DNA from: Candidatus Aenigmatarchaeota archaeon
Lineage (GTDB): Archaea; Aenigmatarchaeota; Aenigmatarchaeia; QMZP01
DNA: 64,000 nt
Assembly (NCBI GenBank): GCA_016185435.1
Contig: JACPNN010000001.1
Coordinates: 8,956 to 72,955, forward strand
Direction of reading: 5' to 3'
The notes under the pieces were generated by a model. It worked only from the letters and a program-made list of their open reading frames with translations, made no database searches and was not told the DNA's origin. Below, piece after piece: positions 24,731 through 33,427 of the stretch. The position numbers and the translations under genes were made by a program. Every line of letters begins with the position of its first letter. Within the stretch, counting starts at the first letter, position 1.

Positions 24731-25156
24731 ATGATAGATAAAAAGGATATTTTAATATTGAATGAGTTGAAAGCAGATGCCAGCGCCTCTATCAGGGCCA
24801 TAGCTGCAAAACTGGGCATGAGGCCGAGCACAGTCCACCAGAGGATAAGAAGGCTGAAAGCGGAGAGGGCGATAGAAAAGTTTACAGTAAAAGTTTCAGA
24901 TGCCGCTGTGGGGGAAGAATTCATAGCCTTTATGCTTGTAAAGGTAAGGCCTGGGCAAAAGATAGAAGGCAGTACCCTTGGGAAGCCGTGCATAAAAGAA
25001 GTGTTTGGGATAACAGGCAGCCATGACGTGCTGCTGAAGATGAAGTTCAGGGATATAGGGGAGTTCAACAGTTTTGTCCTGGAGTTCAGGAAGGAGCCGT
25101 TTGTCAGGAGCACGCTCACGCTGGTGGCGACGGTTAAGATAAAGGAGGATATATAG
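24731..25156 (+). CDS. Lrp/AsnC-family transcriptional regulator
   Basis: DKKDILILNELKADASASIRAIAAKLGMRPSTVHQRIRRLKAERAI forms the HTH, followed by a RAM-type C-domain. Confidence 0.8.
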   Translation: MIDKKDILILNELKADASASIRAIAAKLGMRPSTVHQRIRRLKAERAIEKFTVKVSDAAVGEEFIAFMLVKVRPGQKIEGSTLGKPCIKEVFGITGSHDVLLKMKFRDIGEFNSFVLEFRKEPFVRSTLTLVATVKIKEDI

Positions 25157-25179
25157 GCCAAGTTAAAGCATCTTACACT

Positions 25180-25764
25180 TCATGTGGCCACTCTTCTTAT
25201 TGATAGCCTTCTATTATTGTCGACAAACCTGCAAGCGTATGTGCCACCACCTACCTTCAAAATGGTGAAATATTCACCCTTATCAATATCAGGTTTTATG
25301 TTATCATCTATAAAGGTTTTCAATGGTCTTGTTACTGGATCAGCAATACCAGCAGTACCGCTACCAATACCTACAACACCTTCAAAGGAGTAAGGGTCGT
25401 ATATCTCTTTTCTTGATTTTAGCCTTTTTCTTAATTTATCGAAATCTACTGGCAAATCTGTTGTCACGTAAATCCTGCGAGGTGTTGAATAAATATCAAA
25501 AATCCCATCCCCAAACTGGTTACTGAAATAAATTATATTGTCTCCCTGAAGCAAAATTGGTGGACCTTCTCTTGGGCAGTCATCTGAATATAAAGGCTGA
25601 CGTATCTCTTTTACAAAATTAAAGTACTCTGCGACAACGAGATAACCCGACTCGGAAATAATTTGCCCTTCAATTGTACCTTTTTCTTTGGTCAGAATTT
25701 TGAGAGGTTTTTTAGCTGCCTTTGGATCAAAATCTTTCCTGCATATCTGCAACAATCTATCCAT
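25180..25764 (-). CDS. hypothetical protein, low-GC orphan
   Basis: This is a clean 194-aa ORF. Hand counts of six 60-nt lines give about 27-45% GC (mean about 36%), below the surrounding DNA. No family was confidently recognised. Confidence 0.5.
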   Translation of the reverse strand: MDRLLQICRKDFDPKAAKKPLKILTKEKGTIEGQIISESGYLVVAEYFNFVKEIRQPLYSDDCPREGPPILLQGDNIIYFSNQFGDGIFDIYSTPRRIYVTTDLPVDFDKLRKRLKSRKEIYDPYSFEGVVGIGSGTAGIADPVTRPLKTFIDDNIKPDIDKGEYFTILKVGGGTYACRFVDNNRRLSIRRVAT

Positions 25765-25825
25765 ATCAAATCATTTTATTTGAAATACTCACTAATAAAT
25801 AGTTAAAAGATTTATAAACTTTTCC

Positions 25826-26233
25826 CTAATTAGCCTGCTGGCAAGCCTTCAGAAACTGCTTTCCCTTTGCCGTGAGCATCCTGCCCTTGCCTTTCTCTGT
25901 CTTCACATAGCCTGCCTTCTCGAGCTGCTGAAGTATCTTTCTCAGGATATTGCCGCTGGCCGGGTATTTGTGTTCGGGCTTGTGGCCCCTGTTTTTCCTC
26001 CCTCCGTACAATTTCCTGAACTTGGTGAGGCCCAGCGGCTGGTTGATGGCCAGCTTCCTCAGAATGCTTGCTGCCCGTATATGCCACCAGTTCTTCTGCT
26101 CAGGCGGCCTTTCCTTATGCATGCCTGTTTTGACAAATTTTGCCCATGAAGGTGGAGCTATGTCTTTCTCTTCCTCAAGGGCCTTGGCTGCCTGCTGTAT
26201 GAGCTTTGCCGGATCAGCTGCTTTTACTGACAT
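25826..26233 (-). CDS. rps19e: 30S ribosomal protein S19e
   Basis: VKAADPAKLIQ..A..L, P.WA.FVKTG..KERPP....WW.IRAASILRK, GGR.NRG..P.H....SG.I.R..LQQLEKAGYV are present. The ATG is at 26233. Confidence 0.85.
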   Translation of the reverse strand: MSVKAADPAKLIQQAAKALEEEKDIAPPSWAKFVKTGMHKERPPEQKNWWHIRAASILRKLAINQPLGLTKFRKLYGGRKNRGHKPEHKYPASGNILRKILQQLEKAGYVKTEKGKGRMLTAKGKQFLKACQQAN

Positions 26234-26352
26234 AAGATATAGCGTGTTTATGCACCTATATATTTTTATGCTTTTGTCTGCCCCTACACTGAAATTATTG
26301 GGCATACTTTGTTAGAAACTAAGCTTATATGGGTTTATATTATGCCTGTGAA

Positions 26353-26811
26353 CTACTGAAAAAGATTAAGAATGTCTTCATCCATCCCAGCATATCCTGC
26401 ACCGTATTCGCTCCTTCTAGCAGGATAAACCCCTATACCGATGACTTGTCCATGCTCAACAATTTCCAGGAGGCCGATATCGGGGTGGCTTTTTTGATAT
26501 TGTGCTATTCTTTTTTTCACTTCATCTGAATATTCCACGGGTCTGTCGAGCTTGGAAAATCCAGCACTCATAAACAGGTCTTGGGAAGGCAGCATATCCT
26601 TCAGACCTGTGACTTTTTGTTCAAGCCGTTTAATTTCTCCTTCCTGTCCATTTATGTGTTGCTCATACAGTTCTGCTTGCCTTTTGTAGTCTGCGGCCCG
26701 AGAGTTAGCTGCAGTGTTAGTTGCCAGAGATCCATATATCCATCCAATTGCTCCTGAACCATAACCTATTAAAAAATATCTTCTGGTCACTGCTGGTTTA
26801 TCAGTTTCCAT
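26353..26811 (-). CDS. hypothetical protein with N-terminal TRRYFLIG (twin-arginine-like) hydrophobic segment and a coiled-coil stretch
   Basis: This is a 152-aa ORF. The N-terminus reads VTRRYFLIGYGSGAIGWIYGSLA, followed by heptad-like QAELYEQHINGQEGEIKRLEQKV. No family was recognised. Confidence 0.45.
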   Translation of the reverse strand: METDKPAVTRRYFLIGYGSGAIGWIYGSLATNTAANSRAADYKRQAELYEQHINGQEGEIKRLEQKVTGLKDMLPSQDLFMSAGFSKLDRPVEYSDEVKKRIAQYQKSHPDIGLLEIVEHGQVIGIGVYPARRSEYGAGYAGMDEDILNLFQ

Positions 26812-26883
26812 AGCAATCTCTTAGGGGATAGAAATATAAAGGATATTGCTCAGTGACTTGAGGCGTGTTTGGCTTCTCGCGCC

Positions 26884-27213
26884 TTAGTTTTCCTTTCTCT
26901 TCATTTTCTCCTTTATATAGGGGAAATATGCCTGAAAATTGCAGGACAGGCATTTTATTGATACAGACTGTTTATCGGATAAGGTTCTGACCCTGCAGTT
27001 TGCGCCTGGCACGAAATAGGCAAAGCAGTTTCTGCAAAACAGCTTCTTCGATTCCCTTCCCAAAGACACATTATATCTCATCCCTATCTTTTTTGCAAGG
27101 AGAACATATCTTGCAGCCAGTTTGGGCTCCTTTTTTGCGCATTTTTTCCCCAGTTCGAAAAGAATCGCTATCCTTTCCTTGGCGATTGCCTTTTCATCAT
27201 CCTTTTTCCCCAT
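26884..27213 (-). CDS. rnp4: RNase P protein component 4 (Rpp21/RNP4)
   Basis: IAKERIAILF..., ARYV.LA.KI.MRY...L....K..FCRNC...F.PG.N.RVR......V.I.CLSC is the zinc ribbon typical of Rpp21. Confidence 0.75.
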   Translation of the reverse strand: MGKKDDEKAIAKERIAILFELGKKCAKKEPKLAARYVLLAKKIGMRYNVSLGRESKKLFCRNCFAYFVPGANCRVRTLSDKQSVSIKCLSCNFQAYFPYIKEKMKRKEN

Positions 27214-27339
27214 ATGACTCTATTAGCGAGCTGTGTATATAGCTTAGGCTGGTGAAGCAATGAATGAATATATTTGCCGGCGGCATTGTTATTTCAGGTC
27301 ATTTGACTGTTCGAACTAATTTATATCCCTTTAAGGGCT

Positions 27340-28317
27340 TCATTTAACGGCTCCGGCTGCGATTTCCCGCTTCTCATCTTCCTGCTGGACAGGCTTTGTC
27401 TCCACTTTCCTTACCTTGAGGATTATCCTGTTTTCCCTGCCTGAAACCGCTTCAATAGAGACTATATTTCTGTTGTGGAGGCTTTTGATAATTCTGCTGA
27501 CCTTTGCCTTTGAGAAGCCGGTCTCCTTCACAATTGTTTTCTGCAATATTTTGCCGCCGCTGGCCTCGAGTATGGCTACTATCTTTCTTTCATCATTGTT
27601 GAGAACATCGGATATTGTGCTGACCCCCTGCCTGAGGCGGGTGTAGATTATAAGAGAGATAAAAACAATCACTATAATTCCGGCGAGCCCGAAAAAAACT
27701 GCGTCAGGCGTGGAAATGAAATCATTTGTGGAAAATGGCTTGTTAGGCGAATAAAGCACTGAAAAGCGGAGGCTATCATTCTCTGACAGGTTTTCCTTCT
27801 CCCAGTAAACCTTGATTCTCCTGCCCTCCACAATTGTGCTGCCGCTTGAAGGGAAATAGGATTCGTTTTCCGGCTCCTTTCCCAGGAAAATCTGTTTCGG
27901 CAGCATTACCATGACAAAGCTCCTGTTGATTTTGAGTGGTATTCCATAGTTGATGGAAAACTGCTTGAAACTGTCAGTCTCTTTTACTGAATTTTTCGTT
28001 TCAAAGGACAAAGTTATTGCATTTTTTTCACTGGTCATCCCTATGAAATCGCATGATATGGCGCTGCCCCGCGAAATAGTTTCAGAAGAGCATGATGAGA
28101 TGAATTTGCTCTCGAAGGAAAGGTTGTATATAGGCGTGTCAAGTGCATAATCTATATGGCCGATTGGCTCTGAAAATTTGAATGTCAGGAGATGCTTCAC
28201 ATTGTCATTATCCATTATCTCGGCGACAATCCCATAGTAATCCAGAGAGAGGGGATATGCTGTGTGAGTTGAGAAAAGGGATATTGACAGAAAAAGAATC
28301 AGCGCCAATTGTTTCAT
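27340..28317 (-). CDS. membrane-anchored winged-helix protein: signal peptide, about 200-aa extracytoplasmic domain, 1 TM, cytoplasmic MarR/ArsR-like wHTH
   Basis: The N-terminus is MKQLALILFLSISLFS and the TM helix is VFFGLAGIIVIVFISLIIY. These are followed by NDERKIVAILEASGGKILQKTIVKETGFSKAKVSRIIKSLHNRNIV. Confidence 0.6.
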   Translation of the reverse strand: MKQLALILFLSISLFSTHTAYPLSLDYYGIVAEIMDNDNVKHLLTFKFSEPIGHIDYALDTPIYNLSFESKFISSCSSETISRGSAISCDFIGMTSEKNAITLSFETKNSVKETDSFKQFSINYGIPLKINRSFVMVMLPKQIFLGKEPENESYFPSSGSTIVEGRRIKVYWEKENLSENDSLRFSVLYSPNKPFSTNDFISTPDAVFFGLAGIIVIVFISLIIYTRLRQGVSTISDVLNNDERKIVAILEASGGKILQKTIVKETGFSKAKVSRIIKSLHNRNIVSIEAVSGRENRIILKVRKVETKPVQQEDEKREIAAGAVK

Positions 28318-28391
28318 ATTTAATTAAAGGCTACAAAAATTTAAAAAGGCATCGAATTGTGAAACAATGAAACTGTTTCACCTGAAGAGGT

Positions 28392-29459
28392 ATGACTACA
28401 AATTCGTTTGAAGCGAAGATAAGGAAAATTGCAGAAAGGGTGGCAGAGACTGAAAGCAAGAAGGAGAGGATTTCTGATTTTCTCAAAAGCATATCAAAAG
28501 AAATAGACCTGAAGATGGATGTCCAAAAGGACGCTCTTGCTGATACGCGAATCGTGGCTGTTGATGGCGGCCTTCTGAAAAAATCCCTTCACAGCTTTGA
28601 TTGCATACTTTACCGCTCTGCAGCTGTCTGTTTCAATTATAAAAAGGGGAGGATGGCGGGAGTCAGTTATTATCCGTCGAAAGCGCCATATTCCAAGCCA
28701 GAGGTTTTCGAGTCTCTGTCAGACCTCGATTTTGGATATATAGCTAACATAGAGAGGATGCATGATGAAATAAGGACAGCCATAAAAAGCATTGAAGTTT
28801 TTGAACCGGATATCCTGCTGCTGGATGGCTCCATAATGCCCCACTATACCTCCAAGCCTGCCAGATCATCCCCTGTTTTTGAAAAATATGAAGAATTGAT
28901 AGAAAGCATAAACAGCCTTTGCCGCATTTGTTCGGAGGAGAAGGTTACTCTGGCAGGAGTCATTGAAGACAGCAGAAGCAACAGCTTCTGCTCCATGCTT
29001 GCAAAGACCTTGTTTTCCAAAATAACGCACAGAATGGCCGGGGAAGCAATGAATGTGCTCGCGAATTCAAGGGATACCAATATACTATTCCATTTCCTGA
29101 AAAAGGGCGAAGCGACAAGACCTTTCAGGACAAGCGATGACCCTGAAAGCCATCACATATTGAAGGATTTGGAAGGGTTTGGAGAAGAAATGCATTATTG
29201 CTACCTTAAAACATCAGTTTATGACAGGCCTATAAAAGTCGAGTTCATCAGGAGAGAGGAGGCAGCCAAGATAGCAAATATTCTTCTGGCTGTTTCCGGG
29301 CACCATCCTTCATATGGGTTCCCTTCGCCTTTGATAGAGGCGGATAATGTCGCCAGGCTGAAGGAAGAGGAGATGGAGAGGCTGTACAGCCATCTTTCTT
29401 CCATTTTAGGGAGAAGAAGCAGTTTCATGAAACTGAGGAGGGAAGAGAGGCCTTTCTGA
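28392..29459 (+). CDS. nurA: NurA-domain 5'-3' nuclease
   Basis: Acidic motifs occur in NurA order: IVAVDGG, ILLLDGSIMPHY, LAGVIEDSRS and a C-terminal YGFPSPLIEAD. Confidence 0.7.
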   Translation: MTTNSFEAKIRKIAERVAETESKKERISDFLKSISKEIDLKMDVQKDALADTRIVAVDGGLLKKSLHSFDCILYRSAAVCFNYKKGRMAGVSYYPSKAPYSKPEVFESLSDLDFGYIANIERMHDEIRTAIKSIEVFEPDILLLDGSIMPHYTSKPARSSPVFEKYEELIESINSLCRICSEEKVTLAGVIEDSRSNSFCSMLAKTLFSKITHRMAGEAMNVLANSRDTNILFHFLKKGEATRPFRTSDDPESHHILKDLEGFGEEMHYCYLKTSVYDRPIKVEFIRREEAAKIANILLAVSGHHPSYGFPSPLIEADNVARLKEEEMERLYSHLSSILGRRSSFMKLRREERPF

Positions 29460-29611
29460 TGAAAACCCCAATTCTTGATTCAGATATTTGAATGGGAAAT
29501 GAATCTGGAGCATTCCGGCTGGCTTGTGATGCGTGTGGAAAATACAGCTAAAGCTAAGATAACAGAAAAATAAATAGAAGAAAAAAAGAAAAAATTGTCT
29601 GTTTTACGGCT

Positions 29612-32149
29612 TTATGCCTGGAATGAAAGCGTTCCTTTCATTACCTCGGCTGCCAGCTGTCTTGTGTCTGTTCCCTGGTTGCCTGCAACTACCAAAGCCT
29701 TCTTGCCGCTTCCGAAAGCGTTTGTGACCTGCTTTATCAATCCTGTCTTAAGGTTCCATGCATTACATGCCGGCACGCCTGAAGTCGCATCTTCTGCGAG
29801 CTTGGCGACAAGCTTGTTGACACATGGTCCGCCGACAAGGATAAGATCACTTGTCAGAGCAGCTGTGTTGACTTCCGAGTCAAGTTTTGCGACCGGGCTG
29901 TCAATCTTTATAGCTGCATTGACTGTAGCACCGCCTTCTGTCCCGACAGAAAACTTCGGATCCGAACCAACAGCCACCCACGCCACTGCCTGATCGTCAG
30001 GGTATGTTATTTCAATCAGTCCCTGGCTGTCAGTGTCGTGCTTGACAAAAGTGCCTCTCCTGTCTCCATAGACAGTCACACTGTTGTCGCTGGTGAGGGT
30101 GTTGTCGGATGTGATCTTTACGGCTGCTGTCATGTAGGTCGTTGAGAATATCACTGAAGTGTCAACGCCTGTTCCAGAGCCATCAGCTATTGTTGCAAAG
30201 ACGGCATCCTTCACTTCTGTCTCTGTGGCATCCTTGCCCTTCTCCTCAAGCAGCAATACTCCCGGTGTCGTAACATTTGCGCCTCCTGTTGTGGCAATTG
30301 TCAATGATGCGGAAGCAGCGGATGTTAGGTTATATTTTAGCTGCCCGTATGTCGGCGCTGTGCCGTTTATGCCAAGGTTTGTGTCATACAGGAATGAGAT
30401 GTTTGTTGGCAGCTCGTATGTCGTCGCATTGGTAAGGGTTACAGGTTCCACCAGTGTTATATAGGCGCCTCTCTTTGTCTTTATCAGCGGGTATAGCATT
30501 GTTTTTGTACCTGTTGTGAATGCAATAGGCGTCGCTACAAAGTCAGCACCGGTACCCCATGAAAGTCTTATTCTTTCACTGCCAGTGCCTTCCCAGTCAA
30601 CAAAGTATTGCTGGCCGTCGATGTAGAAGGATGCGTTGTCATAGCCTGAAGACAACAGATAGACTCTGTTTGTCTGTCCAGACATGAGATCCCTGAACTC
30701 GACATAGGCTCCTGAGCTGCCTAAGCTGCTCGAGGTACTGTACTGCAGTATGTGACCGAAGTCAGACTCCACTGAAGGGGCTATCAATGCGTAGTCATTC
30801 TTTGCAATCCATTCTCCCTCAACCACATGGAATTTCCTTGTGCTTGTTTCGTTGAGGTTTGGAGCAAAGGTTGTTGAGCCTGTGTAGGCCCATGTGAATG
30901 ACTTTTCATTGCCCCTGAAGTCGGTAAACTTCAGCGTTGCTGCGGCTGTGCCTGAATTGTCGATTGTCACCATGTCTGTAGCTCCACCTGAGATGCCGCC
31001 AAAGGCAACCTTGAAGCTTTTCCAGAGAGGATCTGTGAAGGCTCCGCCTTCCAGTATGTAGTCGTCGCTTGAGCTCTTTGCTGTTGCTGCAACTGTCAGC
31101 TTTGATAGGCCTGACCCTGCTGTTCCCGTAAGGGTAACGAGGGTGCCGTCAACTGAGTCTTCGGCTGTGCCTTTTTTGACGGTAGCACCGTTCTGCAATG
31201 TCAGTTTTTCAGAGCCGGCGCTTATCTTGATTGAGCTGACTTGAGTCTCCTTGCCGAAGTAGAAGATGTCATCGACATAGATGTCCAAGCCTCCTACCTT
31301 GTAGGAACCGCCTTTATTGACTGTCTTGCTTTCTCCGTCTACCTGGATGACAGCGACTGTGGTTGAGCTGGCTCCAAGAGACTTGACCTTGTACTCCTTG
31401 CCGTTCACAACTACTGTCCTTTCCTCACCGTCAGCAAGCACCATTGAGTTGGAACTTCCGAAAAGCACCAGTTTGTATGGGGTTGTTGTGAAAGTGCTGC
31501 CGCTTCCGATTGTGTACTTGTTTCCGAACAGTGTTATGTCATTGCCGATGACATCATTGCTGGAAAGGTTCAGCACTTTATTGAAAACCACGCTTGTCTC
31601 ATACAACGGAGCTGCTGTACTGGTTCCTGTATCGATGTAGAGTTTGGGATCTGAAAGATCGCCACCACTCTTTCCAAAGGTAATGTTTCCCCATTTGAAG
31701 CTAATGTACTGGTCGTAAGTATAGGTAGTACCAGCATCGTCGCTGAATGTGCCTGTCTTCAGCAAAGTAGGCAGATCATTGGATGTTACTGTTGTCCTTA
31801 TTCCTGACTTTGTCAGCGCGTCACCCAGATAAAGCTTTGTGTTTGTTGTGTCGAGCTTGGTGCCTCCTGAAACACTTGCTTCTGTAACTCCTGGCAAGGT
31901 AACTGGTGTGGTGGCATAGCCTGCTACTGCAGCTGCTATGTCTGATGCACCTACTACGTCATAGGGGAATTGAGATCCTATGAGGGATGCATCGCTGCCG
32001 CCAATTACTATCATTGGAGATACGAGCTTGCCTGCCTCTGTCTTGACGAAGTCGCCAAGAGAAGGGGCTGTCTGGGCCGCTACTAGTGCGATAGTTGCTC
32101 CAGCTGTTATGGCAGCCAAACTTCCTGCCAATAATCTCTTTATTTTCAT
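29612..32149 (-). CDS. candidate S-layer / major surface glycoprotein
   Basis: It has a signal peptide (MKIKRLLAGSLAAITAGATIALVAA) and is 845 aa, rich in Thr/Ser/Gly/Val, with many N-x-S/T sequons and no internal TM helix. The C-terminal module is LILVGGPCVNKL...ALVVAGNQGTDT. A strong AAGGAGGG sits upstream, with a long leader and T-tracts downstream. Confidence 0.6.
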   Translation of the reverse strand: MKIKRLLAGSLAAITAGATIALVAAQTAPSLGDFVKTEAGKLVSPMIVIGGSDASLIGSQFPYDVVGASDIAAAVAGYATTPVTLPGVTEASVSGGTKLDTTNTKLYLGDALTKSGIRTTVTSNDLPTLLKTGTFSDDAGTTYTYDQYISFKWGNITFGKSGGDLSDPKLYIDTGTSTAAPLYETSVVFNKVLNLSSNDVIGNDITLFGNKYTIGSGSTFTTTPYKLVLFGSSNSMVLADGEERTVVVNGKEYKVKSLGASSTTVAVIQVDGESKTVNKGGSYKVGGLDIYVDDIFYFGKETQVSSIKISAGSEKLTLQNGATVKKGTAEDSVDGTLVTLTGTAGSGLSKLTVAATAKSSSDDYILEGGAFTDPLWKSFKVAFGGISGGATDMVTIDNSGTAAATLKFTDFRGNEKSFTWAYTGSTTFAPNLNETSTRKFHVVEGEWIAKNDYALIAPSVESDFGHILQYSTSSSLGSSGAYVEFRDLMSGQTNRVYLLSSGYDNASFYIDGQQYFVDWEGTGSERIRLSWGTGADFVATPIAFTTGTKTMLYPLIKTKRGAYITLVEPVTLTNATTYELPTNISFLYDTNLGINGTAPTYGQLKYNLTSAASASLTIATTGGANVTTPGVLLLEEKGKDATETEVKDAVFATIADGSGTGVDTSVIFSTTYMTAAVKITSDNTLTSDNSVTVYGDRRGTFVKHDTDSQGLIEITYPDDQAVAWVAVGSDPKFSVGTEGGATVNAAIKIDSPVAKLDSEVNTAALTSDLILVGGPCVNKLVAKLAEDATSGVPACNAWNLKTGLIKQVTNAFGSGKKALVVAGNQGTDTRQLAAEVMKGTLSFQA

Positions 32150-32245
32150 ATTTTTAGTTTCCCTCCTTTATTCAAAGCGTCCAACGAATATGGACTCATA
32201 ACGAATAATGCAACTCCCATATATTTATGCCTTTAATGAAACAGT

Positions 32246-32257
32246 TTCCATATGGAA
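32246..32257. promoter_or_regulatory. perfect 12-bp palindrome TTCCATATGGAA just upstream of the S-layer gene TATA-like box
   Basis: Read directly from the sequence. It lies between the wHTH gene stop (32366) and the putative TATA (complement of about 32222-32232) of the surface-protein gene. Confidence 0.25.
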
Positions 32258-32365
32258 TGATACAGGCTAAAAATCATCTTTTCCTGAATCAAAAGATATT
32301 TTAAATATCGAGAATTGTTTCAAACAGATTTAAATGGCTTATTTTTCTAAAATTAAATTAAAAAG

Positions 32366-33289
32366 CTACTCTAATATCTCAAAAGAGTCAATAATTCCGT
32401 CTCCATTGGCGTCTTTTCCCCTCACAACTTTATGTATGGGGCTGTCGGCAGCTCTGCCGCCAAATATTCTGTCCAGATCCGTTATTATTGATATGACAGC
32501 TGCCCTCGTTCCCTGAAACCTTATGCCTGCCAATATCATAATCCTGTGTTTTTTTGAAAATGGGCTGTTTGCTATGACAACAACACCGTCCCCGTCTTCC
32601 GAATATTTCTTGCCTGTCGTCTTCGAATAAATGACAGGCGAAGATTTCGTGCTGATGAAGACTGGCAGCATTTTGTTGGCCTTTCTGGTTATCATGTTGA
32701 CGCTGGGTCCGCCTATCAGAATAAGGTTATTTTTCAGGTCGCTGCTTCTAACCTCGATATCAAGCTTGTAATTGAGGCCTTCCATTCTGCCGAGAAAGGA
32801 GCCTAAAAACAGGGCAAGATCTATTGCGCAGCAGCCGTCGCTTGCCCTCAGGTTTAAGGGGCCGTGTGGATCCGGAGAGCCTACTATTATTCTCGAAGTC
32901 ATCGCGCCGTTTGTAATGAACGGCTCAAGGTAGATGGAATGGAGAGGGTTTCTTATGCCAAGGGGCTCATATTTCTGGCTGAGCATAAAGCTGAAAGAAT
33001 TTAAAGTTGCCTCATAGAATCTCGCCACTGTTCCGTGGCGCTGTTCGCTTTTAATTTCCTTGAGAAGGCCCAGCCTTTTGAAACGCTTGGTGTAATAATA
33101 AACTTTCTGCTCATGGATCTGGAGCCGGTTTGCTATATCGATGGGGCAGGAGGGCGTGCTGTATTCCTTAAAGATCCTGATGGCCTGCGGATTGGCCAGG
33201 GCTTTCATCTCTTCAATGCTGGTGATAAGCTTTGAAGGCGCTAAATTGGCCTTGCTGCCGTCAACCTTCATTATATAGAGCTTTGACAT
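32366..33289 (-). CDS. winged-helix (ArsR-like) protein fused to a domain sharing the LIL(I/V)GGPxVN ... ILAG..GT module of the adjacent surface protein
   Basis: The N-terminal HTH is ALANPQAIRIFKEYSTPSCPIDIANRLQIHEQKVYYYTKRFKRLGLL. The C-terminal part has NLILIGGPSVNMI and RIMILAGIRFQGTRAA. No TM helix is present. Confidence 0.55.
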   Translation of the reverse strand: MSKLYIMKVDGSKANLAPSKLITSIEEMKALANPQAIRIFKEYSTPSCPIDIANRLQIHEQKVYYYTKRFKRLGLLKEIKSEQRHGTVARFYEATLNSFSFMLSQKYEPLGIRNPLHSIYLEPFITNGAMTSRIIVGSPDPHGPLNLRASDGCCAIDLALFLGSFLGRMEGLNYKLDIEVRSSDLKNNLILIGGPSVNMITRKANKMLPVFISTKSSPVIYSKTTGKKYSEDGDGVVVIANSPFSKKHRIMILAGIRFQGTRAAVISIITDLDRIFGGRAADSPIHKVVRGKDANGDGIIDSFEILE

Positions 33290-33427
33290 AATATCAAATT
33301 AATTATAATATTATCACAAAAATAACAATATGCTTTATAAGCTTTTTCTTTCACCGGATTTTTCCGGGGCAGAAGATAGATGTTTTTCTGAATAAAGCGT
33401 TTATATCTGGCATGACTATCTAACCCT

